Of a stretch of DNA of 64,000 nucleotides, positions 23,914-34,918 are shown in pieces. The stretch spans positions 1,488,001 to 1,552,000 of the forward strand of contig OZ237736.1 in assembly GCA_965178125.1 (NCBI GenBank). The letters run 5' to 3'. The DNA comes from Bilabrum cf. latius (lineage: Eukaryota). How positions within the stretch are numbered: the stretch's first letter is position 1; the number at the start of each line of letters is the position of its first letter. The notes below the pieces were generated by a model. The model ran no database searches. It was not told the origin of the DNA and saw only the letters and a program-made list of their open reading frames with translations. Made by a program: the position numbers and the translations under genes.

Positions 23914-26173
23914 TCAAAGATCGTCATCTCCATCCATTCCAACCTAACCCCCACTGGCTGTCCCTGAGCTAGAAGACGGGCCGGATTGCGAGTGCGGCAC
24001 CGCGCTCTGCGACATGCCCGGCGCTCGCCCGTCAAATCCAACGCCAGGCACCGCAGGACCGCCCCCGGCCCTGGACCCCGCCCCCGGAGGCCCCACCTCG
24101 GACCTAGCACGCCCGCCCGCAGGGGCCACTGATACAGACGAGTCTCCAGCTCCTGCGACGCGCGGACCGGCCCCAGCCCCAGCCCCAGCCCCAGCCCCAG
24201 GCCCAGGCCCAGCCCCGGCCCCACTTGGCGCACCAGACCCCGCCCCAGGCCCACCCCCACGGGGCCTGTGCTTCGACCTAGCGACGGGCATCCCCGGGGC
24301 GGGAGGTGCCATGGCCGCCAGGGTTCGCACCTCGGACGGCGGAGGCCTCTTGGCTGCCTCGAAGCACGCCAGCAGTCCCTTGGCGATCAGGTAAGCAGAG
24401 GGGGGCAAAGGCAGCTGCTGGAGGGGGATCTTTGAGATGGCCTCGCGCGCGGCGGCCTCAGGGGACCCCGCGGGGGGCGGGGGGGACCCCGGGGTCACCG
24501 GGGGAATTCCCCTGTCGATGGCCACTGCCCTGCGGGCCCGGGCCACGATCTGGTCCAGCGAGGTCCTGAGAGCCCCGGCGGCGGCGGGCAGCGCGGGCTG
24601 GCACCACCTGTGTCTGAGGATGGAATCCATGTCAGGGGGCCTCCTGTCGGGGTCCGTGCGGAGGAGCCCCGCGAGGAGGTTGGCGGCCTCGTTGGAGAGT
24701 GGTGGTCGCTGTTCCTTCTGCCTCCTCAGCTGGCACGACTGCAGGATGACCCCGATGCGGTTCGAGGCGATCTGCCTGTACTTGGGATCCGTCCTGGCGG
24801 GCACCTCCACCAGGTACTCACCCTCCAGCATGATGTACAGGATGATTCCCATGGCCCACACGTCCACACGACGACCAAAGTACCCCGCAGGGTGCCTGGA
24901 GTAGTACTCCGGAGCCATGTACGCGGGCTTGCCGAAGGGCACCTCTGGGGGCGGCAGCCGGGCCTCTTCCCACACCTCGATGGAAACTGGCGTGGCAGGG
25001 CCAGCAGGCGTGCCGCTGCTCGCCCCCACTGCCCCGGGGAGACCCCCCTCCTTCCCCGCCGCTGTTCCCTGGGGCGGCACTACCTCCCTCACCACCTTGT
25101 GCTTCCGCAGGGCGCACGCCGCACCGAAATCGATTACCTTGGCCCTGCGAAGCAGCGCGGGGGGCGGTGCCTGCGCGCCCGTCCCCGCCCCAGTCCCCCC
25201 GGCGGAGGGTCCCGCCCCCACCGGGGGGGCTTTTCCCGCGCCGTCCATCCCTCCCGCACCAGGGGCGCCCCCCTCGGGACTGGCACCAGCTGCCACAGCG
25301 GCCGCCGAGGCGTCGCTGACGGGCGGCCTGTGCACTAGCACGTTCTCGCAGGACACGTCCTTGTGGCAGTAGCCCAAGTCGTGGAGGGCCTTGAGGCCGA
25401 GGATGGCCTGCACGAACAGCCATCGCGCGGTGTCCTCGTCCAGCGCGCTCTGGGGATGCTTGGAGACGAGGCTGATGAGCTCGCCTTCGTTCAAGAACTC
25501 GAGCACTGCGCGATGGGAGTCGGGGAGTGGGTAGATGGGTAGATGGAGAAAGGGGGGTGCAGAGCATGCATGCTAGTGGTCACATCGAGGCGCGTTGCAT
25601 CCTTTATTTCGCTGGCCTCTCTTCTTGTCTTTGATCCTCCTCCTCACCAGTGTACACGTTGTCTGGGTCGTGCCACTGCTCCAGCAGCTCGCACGCGAAG
25701 GGGTGCCCCTTCAGGGCGAGCATGATACCTTTCTCCAGCACGATATCGTCCCCGCCCCCGCCCGCGGCCAATCGGGCCCTGGTGGCCTCCCACTCTCTCC
25801 TGCTCTGCACCTTGAGCGCGGCGAACTGATAGGGCTTCACGTACCTGGTGCGGCTCTCGCGGATGCGGCAGCGGGCCACCACCTGCACCTGGCCCATCTG
25901 GCACGGCTGCTGGCTGCGGACGAAGGAATACAGGCTGTTGGTTCCGGGGCAGAACCATCGGAGCCGGGGCTGGTCGCCGATCAGCACCGAGTCGACACGC
26001 ACGGGGTAAAACACGATGCGGCCCAGGCTCGGGCCCGGGGCCTCCAGCATGATCGGCGCGAAGTCAACTTGGCGAGGTGCGGTCGTCACGCCAGTCACGA
26101 CGCCAGCCGCAGCCCGGGGATCGCCGCTGGTATCGCTGCTATCGCGTTCCATGCGACTCTGCCCTGCCGACAT
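23914..26173 (-). CDS. Ser/Thr protein kinase (CAMK-group-like), 2 exons
   Basis: AALK, LEKGIM, YTVLEF across the 142-nt intron 25647-25506, HKDVSCEN, DFG, GKPAYMAPE, DVWAMG. TAG at 23946 read through to TGA 23916-23914. Confidence 0.88.
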
Positions 26174-26792
26174 CCTAGCCCTGTTCGGCTGATCGCTGAT
26201 TCAAAGCAACGGAACCCACGCCGCGACTCGAACAGCAGCGACTTCTTGCTGAATCACACAAAAACTGCCTAATTTGTACCAAACTGGAACACCTGTCACT
26301 TGTACCTGCAGCAGAAGAGATGATACTGCAGCAATGCAACATGTCCGAGCGACCGGGTCCAATGCTGGCCAATACGGCAGGGGTCAAGCAGAACATGCAC
26401 CGATCAAATGAGTGTTGACCTATCCCTACTAGTCCAGCGGCGCGAGGAGGTGAACTGTGCGCGAAGCGCGCAGCAAGCAGAGCAACCGATTCCTAGCAAG
26501 CCAACAAAGCGCTACAGTCGCAACGTGCTCGTGAGATCGTACGAAACAGCAACCATATTCTTCATTTTACCTTACATTTCAACCAACTTATGAGCACCAA
26601 GACCCGATCAATCACCACAGCAAGATTGATTGTGTTGCTGCACCTTTCCTCATTAATATCGCCGCCGCGCATTGTTGCGGAACCTTTGGTGGAATCGGGT
26701 GCGACCTCAAATTTTACCCGCTTTTGGGCTCCAAGACAGCAGTTTCTGTTTGGTAACACTACCTTTATTTCGAGTGTTCTATAAAATCTGAA

Positions 26793-28156
26793 ATGGCTGC
26801 AGCGGCAGCACGAAGTACGGTGCGTGAACGCAAAAATTGGCAGATTCACTTGCTATACGTTAGGCAAGACTATGAACAGTGCCTGGATTTAATCGAGGAT
26901 TAGCTCAGCGAATGCAACCACTTGGCGGAGTATGCATTGTATGTCAAGGGTGAGCTGAGCTCGTTTTGTAACTCTGCTGTCCATCCTACCGGGATGCCAG
27001 GAGCAATCAATCCCAACTGCTACCTTCCAAGCTTAGTCTTAACTGCGTTTCTGCAGGCCTCATCCGTCGATAGCAAGGTAGGATCAAGGACAGTTTGACG
27101 CTCTTCCAGGCTGCGACCCAGCTGTCACCGCGCAGCGTGGATAACCTGAAGCAGGTTGCGCGCTCGCTGTACCTGCTCGGCCGTCACCGCATGGCGCTGC
27201 AGGTCCTCGAGGAGGCCATCAACGTCCTGGATGACCACGACGAAGAAGACTGGGAGGTGTATCACGCCCAGGGCATGTGCTTCATCTACCTAAAGCGCTA
27301 CCACGAAGCGATCGAGAAATTTGAGAGCGCCAACAGCATCCAGAGGCACGATGCCACCTACATGCAGCTGGGCCGCGTGCAGCAGATCATGGGCGACAAC
27401 ACCGCCGCCATCGCAACGTACATGCAAGCCCTCGAGTTCTCCCCCGACAACCCAGAGCTGCTCACGACTCTGGGTCTGGCGTACGTGCACGCGGACGAGC
27501 AGTTCAAAGCCTTCAAGTGCCTAGGCAACTCGCTCTCTCACGACCCGCGGGACCCCCGGACCATCCTGGCGGCCTGCGCCATCATCCAGGAGAACGGAGA
27601 CCACAAGGTGGCACTCTCAAAGTACAGGGTGGCCGCCACTCGGATCCCCAACAGCCCGCAGCTCTGGAATAACGTGGGCATGTGCTTCTTCGGGCAGCGA
27701 AAGTTTGTCGCGGCCGTGTCCTCGCTCAAGAGGGCCATCTACCTGGACCCTTTCCAGTCCATCACCACCTACAACCTGGGCATCGTGCACCTCTCCCTGG
27801 GCTAGCTCGCCTCTGCCTTCCACTTTTTGTCGGCCACGATCAACCTGGACCCTCAGTTCGCGCCTGCCTACCACTACCTGGGGGTCACGCTTGCCAGGCT
27901 CGGCGACATGCCGCACGCTAAGAAGGCGTACAACCGCTCCCTGTCCCTGCAGGACGATTACATGACGCACCTCAACTACGCCGCATCCCTGAGCAAGGCC
28001 GGAGAGGTGGCCGGCGCCAAGAGCGAGTTCGTGGAGTTCGAGCGGCAGTACCGCAAGCTATCCGAGGAGCAGCGGGAGGCGGACCAGGACGTACTCACGC
28101 AGAGGCAGTCGCTGCTAGTGCGACTCAACCTGGTGGGGACGGCCATCTCTGGGTAA
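26793..28156 (+). CDS. BBS4: Bardet-Biedl syndrome 4 protein (BBSome TPR subunit), 2 exons
   Basis: NWQIHLLYVRQDY, DNLKQVARSLYLLGRH, ELLTTLGL, VALSKYRVAA, LWNNVGMCFFG, ASAFHFLSATIN. Intron 26950-27056 (107 nt); TAGs at 26901, 27071 and 27803; ends TAA. Confidence 0.96.
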
Positions 28157-28838
28157 TCGGACGTGGGTCCCGCCTGGTTGCGAGAGCTCGACTGCAACGC
28201 CTGCGCATCGTCGTGCTTCTATGTGTAGAGAGAACCCCCCGACGCATCAGTCCTGATCGATAGTGGCGGTACGGGCAATCGTTGTGACCCAATGGGCTGA
28301 GCGTCCGCTGATTTTTGTGTCTCTGCAGCCATGATTCGGGAGGCTGAGGACCGAAACTAGGGCAGCACATCGCACTGATGCCTGCAAGCGACAATGGACA
28401 CCACAGCACCGCAGCCCGTCGCTTGAGCTAGAGGTGGGCACCCGGGCAACACGTACAATGATAAGTTGCTGTTGGGCGTCTACTAGCCGGACAGTGCGAG
28501 TTGCCTCTGGCGGCAGACAGCCACCAGCGCCCGCGCGGGTCCCGAGTTGGCAGGGCAGCAGGAACGGCATGGAGCAAAATAGGCTTGTGTCCCGGCACGC
28601 AGCGCTCGTATCCGGATTCCGGGTCGGGTGAACGGCTAGAGACGCAACTGCTGCGTATCAACTACGCAGAAAAAGGTCGGTGTTCAGCACATCGAGCATT
28701 GCCCGCAAGGAGTTGGCTGCCAGGGAGCACACAGCTGGAGCGTGATGCGATTGATTGCCTGACACGTGCACCTGAAGATGCCAAGCAGATACATCAATCT
28801 GGGATCGCAGTCAATGTCCAATGTAGTAAGTAGGAGCC

Positions 28839-31793
28839 TCAGTGCGCCTCGGCAAGCACTTGGCTGCTCACCACACCGTACAGCCGGCTGCTGGGGTCAC
28901 TGAGCCTCTTTCTGAAGTCGACGTACCAAGCCTGCAGCTCTGACTGCAGCAGCACCTTCTTCCGCATCATCCTGAGGTCGAGCGGGTCGAGGGCAGCCAG
29001 CAGCGCCGGACCCAGGCCCTTGACTGCCTCATCCCATGGCCTCTCGCACGCCGCAGATGCGCCGCCCCGAATCCCAAGTGCCTTGCTGCCGTTGCTGCCA
29101 GACGCCGCCCCGGTGGTTCGCATCCTCTTCCTCGCTGGAGCCTCGCACTACTCCTCCTCCTCCTCTTCCTCAACGTTGTCCACCGACAGCGACTCGCTGG
29201 CCTCCGCGCTGTCGACACTCGGGGTGTCCGTGCCCGTTTCGCCGCTGTCCATGCCCAGCGGCTATCTCTCACCTCCAGCGATGCCGATGGCACCCTCATC
29301 ATCAACCGCCCCCGGCGTCCGCCCCATGCTCATAGGTGAGAAGCGCCCAGCGTCCATCTGGATCCCAGCGAGCGAGTCCAACTCGCAGGAAGAGTACCTT
29401 CGGCCGAACAGCGAACCCGAGGGGGAGGCTGGCACGTTACCCTGACCCATGGATGCCTCCTGTGCTCCACCGGCAACACTTCCCGACCCACCCATGCCAT
29501 GCAACTACTCCTGCTGGCCAATGCTGTCCATCGAAAGCGGCTCCGACACGCCTGGGGAACGGAGATACCTGGATATGGGAGTGGACACGGCTCTGTGCCC
29601 CAGTGCAGCACCATCCGTTCGATGACTATGCCCATCTAGTCGCTGGATGGCATCGGCCGGCACCATTGGGCTTGCCTAAGGCAGAGTGTCCAGCCTGTCA
29701 TGGTGCGTATCACCTCCTTGCACACTCGTGAGCGCGTTGGTACGCATGTCGCTTGATTCAGCCAAACCCTCTGCCAGCCGCAGAGGAAGGAGCGGAGAGC
29801 TCTGCCTGGCATGCCCCACCACTGGTACATCTAGCTGGCTCCTGCTGCTCAAGGAGCCGCACAAAGACATCTTATCTACGTCGGGCTCGAGATCACTGTG
29901 CAAAGAAGGCTGCGATTTCAGGCTTGGCCCCGCTGGCCCGCCGCCCACTTCCGAATCGTGACCCGAGGTCGATGGCAGGGTGCTGCTGGCAGGCAGCGAC
30001 TTGCCGCGAATCTGCGCCGCTGCCCGTCCCTGCACACCCGCCCCATATGACAGCTAGTGGTCACCTCCAGCAGCCGCGAGATACTCCATGCACTCCTGCT
30101 TGGTGGGCGGTGGGCCGCAGCGGTCTATGGTGCAGCTCATCACACGCGGGGCTGTGCCGACCCATTCGGCCCTAATGCTCAGCTCCATGGCGAATGGCAC
30201 CGACGCGACCCTCTGGGCAATGAAGGCGGGCATCTTGGCGACGCCTTGGACACACATCTCTTCGTTACGCTCCTGGTCCTGCCATGCCTTCGGGGGCATG
30301 TCAGATGCCACGATCACTCCGCCAGCCCCGCTGCCAGGTGTACCGACTGCAATCGGCGAGGAGGACAAGGAGGACTAGGAGGAGGGTACTGCAAGGCCGC
30401 TGCTGGCGCTCGACGAAGAGGACGCGGCTTGCGATAAAGGATTGCCCCCCGGGTGCGTGGTTGCTGAGCCAGCACCCATCGCAGGCCAGGTCCCGCTCCC
30501 AGACGACGACGTGTTGCTGCTGCTGTCGCCGCTGCCGCCCTACATAATCCCGGCGTGCACCAGCCTCTCCGCCTCTCCTGCCGACCGACCCGCTGACAGC
30601 AGCCGCACAAACTGCATCACCTCATCCCGCGCCTGGGTGGATGCGAAAAAGTGACGGTACCCGGTGACCCTGCTCCGGGGCTCGAACCCGCGCGGCCCGC
30701 AGATGGTGGCCATCTTGCAGATGAGCATCTGCAGCGACCCGACCGGGCCAACCTCCATCATCAGAGCGGGGAGGCCGATGAACGCCGCATCCACCCCGGG
30801 CTCGCCCCGCATCAGCTGCAGCGCGGCGCCGTTCACGAACTGCTGCGAGGGCTGCAGGGTGAGGATGTTCCGCGTGAAGCGGGCGCTGGGCACAGGCGAC
30901 CTGGACAGCTCCTCCGCGGCCTACGCGTCGGCCGTGTGCATCTCGTAGGCGTACTGCAGCTGCTGGGCATAGGGTGGCAAGGAAGGGTTCCTGCCATCGG
31001 GCAGGAGCCTCCGGTTGGCCCTGGCCTCGAGCTCTGGTGAGACGAAGAGCGTGCAGTTGAACTTGGGGCCGAGCAGGGTCGCCAGCCCAGGAGTGGCCGG
31101 GTCCTGGCGGACTGTGAGGAGCACGCTTCCGCGACAGTCTTGCTATACGGTAAGCTAAGGTGCTGATACTGGGCGGGGCACGTGCTGCGGTGTCTTTGAG
31201 AACGCAGAAACCCGAGCAGAAACAGCTCGCAGCGCTCCACGCGCCGCGTGCGAGCCTACGAGCTCCAGTCCCACTGCAGACCTGCCGTTTTGGTGACGAA
31301 GCACTCCAGCTATTTCACGTTGCTTTTCGTTCGATGCACTAGGATGGTCGCGGGGAGCGCCACTTGTCGGCATCTTGGTGCCATCGTTCCTGCCACTCCT
31401 CGATAGAGTCGTTGTATCTGCTGAAGCTCTGGCTGCATTGATAGACTCAAGAGCTCCTATAGATCTATACTACCGACCAGGTCCACCCTCCTCCGAGCCA
31501 ATTTCAGTGTTTGACTACTCATAGCTCGATACCGCAACGACGTGCTCTTCAATCGCGCTCTTGCTGTTCTTCTTTATCTCGCGGAACGCTTTGCTCCGTC
31601 GGTCTAAGACTGCTACGCATGGGATATTCAATTTTTGGCAGCGAGCGCACGGGTGGCCGCCCGTGCACTGTCGCTTGGCCTTTTTGCAAGATAAGCAGGC
31701 TGATCCCGACTTGTCGCGACTGCCGCAGCCCGGCTGGGCCTACTTCGAGCCACTAGCAGAGTATTTCGTTATTTCAGATCGCCCCCGCTTCAT
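28839..31793 (-). CDS. Zn(II)2Cys6 (GAL4-type binuclear cluster) transcription factor, ~984 aa
   Basis: CLSCKKAKRQCTGGHPCARCQKLNIPC at 31697-31617 matches C-x2-C-x6-C-x5-C-x2-C-x6-C. It is in the same frame as seven track ORFs down to TGA 28841-28839, broken only by TAGs. ATG 31793 inferred. Confidence 0.85.
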
Positions 31794-32072
31794 TTCTGTC
31801 TGCAGTTCTGCAAAATAGAAGATCTTCTCAACCAGTGATGGCCCGCGCTGAATTATTCCGCTGCCGGTGCCGCCGCCGGCGCCGCGCACTGCAGACTCAC
31901 CGCTCAGCAGCTGGTAGCTCTGGCTGCATCTACCACCGCTTCCCGCTAGCGAGCATATGCGCTTCGTGTACATTGTGACACTAGTACACGCAGTTATTGT
32001 GGAAACGTGCGCGCATCGTTCGTTTCGATGCAGCAATAACACAAGTGCGGATAATCTGAATCGCATGGGCCC

Positions 32073-34276
32073 TCATCTCTTTCCTGCCTTCTTTCCGCCC
32101 CGCTTCAGCTGAGTGCCGTTTCCTCCTCCACCGTTCAGGTTCGTGAGCAGCATCGCCCCCTCCTCGGCCTCCTGCGCCGCCGCCTTCCCGCTCGGGGACC
32201 TCCTCCTGCGCTTCCTGTCGGGCCCGGCCTCGGTGTCGCCGCCTGTGCCTCCGCCGGCCTCCCCCGCGCCACTGCCACTGGCAGCCTGCCCCGAGGGACC
32301 CCCCGGCCCAGTCTTCTTCCCTAGCCCGCTCCCCACTGCACCCAGCCCTCCTCCGTTGAACACGCCGCTGCCACCCGTCGTCCCCATCAGCTCCGTCGAG
32401 ATGCCCCTGGGGAACTGCTCCTAGGAAATCATGCCCTCGAGATAACCGCTCCCGCCCCTTCTCAGCGCCGCCGAGGGAACACCACCAATCCCGGACAGTC
32501 CCCCAGACCCCATGAACTCGGGCCCGCTCGGGTTGGTCGCCATCGCCACGTCATCCACGTCATCCGTGTCGTCCTCGTCCTCGTCCCCGACCCTGCCGCC
32601 GAACTCCACCACGCCAGAGGGAACACCCATGTTGAAGGAGACCTCGGTGCTGGTGATGCGCCGGATCGGCCCGTGTCCGTCGAGCGGCCGCTCGAAGGAA
32701 TCCGTCGTTGTCCGCATGGCAGGCTGCCCGTTGTACAGGATGCGCTCGCTCGTGCGGCGTCCGATCACGCGCTCCACGCGGCCGCTCGCTGCGGCGCCCC
32801 CGGCCGACGAGGACGAGGACGTATTCGTGGCTGCTGCGGACGACGAAGCGGAGGAAGATGACGCGGAGGCGGAGGAGGAGTCCCCCGCCCCAGATGGGGG
32901 CGCAGGGGTGCCTCCACTGGGGGAAGGCTCGTCCGAGCCGTCCGACCCGTGGCCATCCCCGGGGGCAGGCGTGCTCCCGTCCCCCTGGCCCATGGAAACG
33001 GCACGCGGGGCGGGTCGCCGGCCGGCGCCACTCCCGCTGTCCGGCAGAGGGGCCGCAGAGACCACCCCTGGAGTGGCTGCCCCCGCCTCCCCCACGGTGG
33101 GGGCGAACCCCTCGCTGTGCCCCGAGGCTTTCACCGAGAGCCCCCCTGATCTCCCGGGCACGCCGGCAGTCGCGCTGGCAGTGGCATTGGCAGTCCCCGG
33201 AGCCTCACTGGAGAACACACGATACAGCTCCTGTCCACGGGTCTGCGGCCCATGGTCCAGCCAGCCAAAGGCGGTCGGGATGCCCGTGCCCATGCCCATG
33301 CCCATGCCTTGCCCGTGCATTTGGCCCCCCACCCCCCCCTGCGCATGCGAGTGGTACAGCGCCGCCCCCTGCATGGGGAACCCACCTCCCCCGGGGCCCG
33401 CACCCAGCATCCGCTGCTGGGACTGGCTTCGCTCCAGGGACTGCACGCGCTACAGCAACCGCTGCAGGAGCTGCGTGTTCGAGTGCTGGTTCCGCTCGAT
33501 CCGCTGCAGCGCCGCCAGCACGGCCGTCCCGCCGCTGCCCCCGCCCGCCTGGCCCGCGGCGAGGGCGGCGAGGGCGGCGGCGCTGCCCCCCGCGTCTCCT
33601 CCCACGTGCATCACGGCCTGGCTCGGCCCCGAGATCCTGGACCTGGACACGTTGCGCTCCCCCGTCCGCCTCTTGCTGAGCACCAGAACGGGGTCGCTGG
33701 CTGCGGGGCGGGCCGATTGCGCCGCGCCCTGGGCTCGCTGGGGGTCGGGCTCCACCTGCACGCAGAACCTGCGGTTGTCCTTCCGCCGACTCACCTTCTC
33801 GAGCCGGAATCGAACCTCGGCTTCGCGGTAGCCTTGCTTGATGGTGAAAGGGTTGTACGGCTGGCACATGGGTTTCAGGATGGACTGGTCCGAGTCCTCC
33901 ACGCAGACGCCGCCCTCGTACAGAAGTGTGCACTTCATCGGGATGTCTACCGGTGCTGCCAGGCCACCTTCAAGGCCAACGACCTGCAAAAGAGCTTGCA
34001 TGGCGAGGGAGCGGGGATTTCCGACGTGCAAGCTGCTGGCAGCTTTCCCGCGACGCATCAATCCGCACGCATGCATGGAGTGGAGCCCAATCAGCGCATT
34101 CGGCTGCTACACTTGAGCCGCAGAGTGTGCAACTGAGTCGATAGGTTTTACTGACGTACACAATGCGCATCCAACCGGAGAGTCTCGGTCGAGGAAAGTG
34201 CTCGGACAGTTCGGGGCGCGGCGCATTCACTTCAATCTCCTTGGCTGAAGTCGAGTGGCAAAAATACACTCACCAT
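32073..34276 (-). CDS. Putative transcription factor with CudA-like/p53-like Ig-fold DNA-binding domain and long disordered C-terminus
   Basis: CTLLYEGG..DQSIL..VRFRLEKVSRRKDNRRFCVQVEP..PVLVLSKRR resembles the CudA-type domain (recalled from memory). Acceptor TTTTGCAG at 33984; TAGs at 33452 and 32423; ends TGA. 5' exon structure unresolved. Confidence 0.5.
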
Positions 34277-34918
34277 GGTCAAGCAAGCCTACTTTCCACC
34301 TTCATCTTTGTAAAATTTGTCATCTGGCTGCTCAGAAATGCCTGCGATATGCAGAAAGCTGCAGCTGTGCGGTACCCACTGCTTGCACGAAGGTTAGCAG
34401 TTCCAGGCCTCCGGTAGTATTTCGGACTCGTCAGAAGATTAAAGAAAGTTAGCAATACATGACTCACACAGCTATAGCACAGAGCTTGCGCCACCACCTC
34501 GTCGACCCTGCGAAGCGTTCCACAACCATTTCCAGGAAAGGAGAAATTTTTTCTTCAGCAAGGTCCTGGGATCAGAGGATGGTTTCAAGTCTCACTGATT
34601 TGCCGCTCATGATATCTTCCTGTGCAACTGCCTTCCTACGCACTTTATCTTAGCGAAAGAAACTTGGCAGTCTTTCTTGTTGGTGGTGAACCGTTTCTTG
34701 GTCAGTTGGCCCACCATGATTGCCCTGCTTGTCCCCCAGGTGGAGTCGGGGGTCGAAGGGGATAATACGCACTTTTATTGTAATGTGTAATTACGAGTCG
34801 TGGATTATTTTTCTAGGTTTTCGTGCCTTCCCGGCACAGTCGAAGTGTTTCGGCACTCCCGGTACTCTCCGGTACTTACCCTAGTAATAACACGCACGCG
34901 GCTCTCACGTTTACGACA

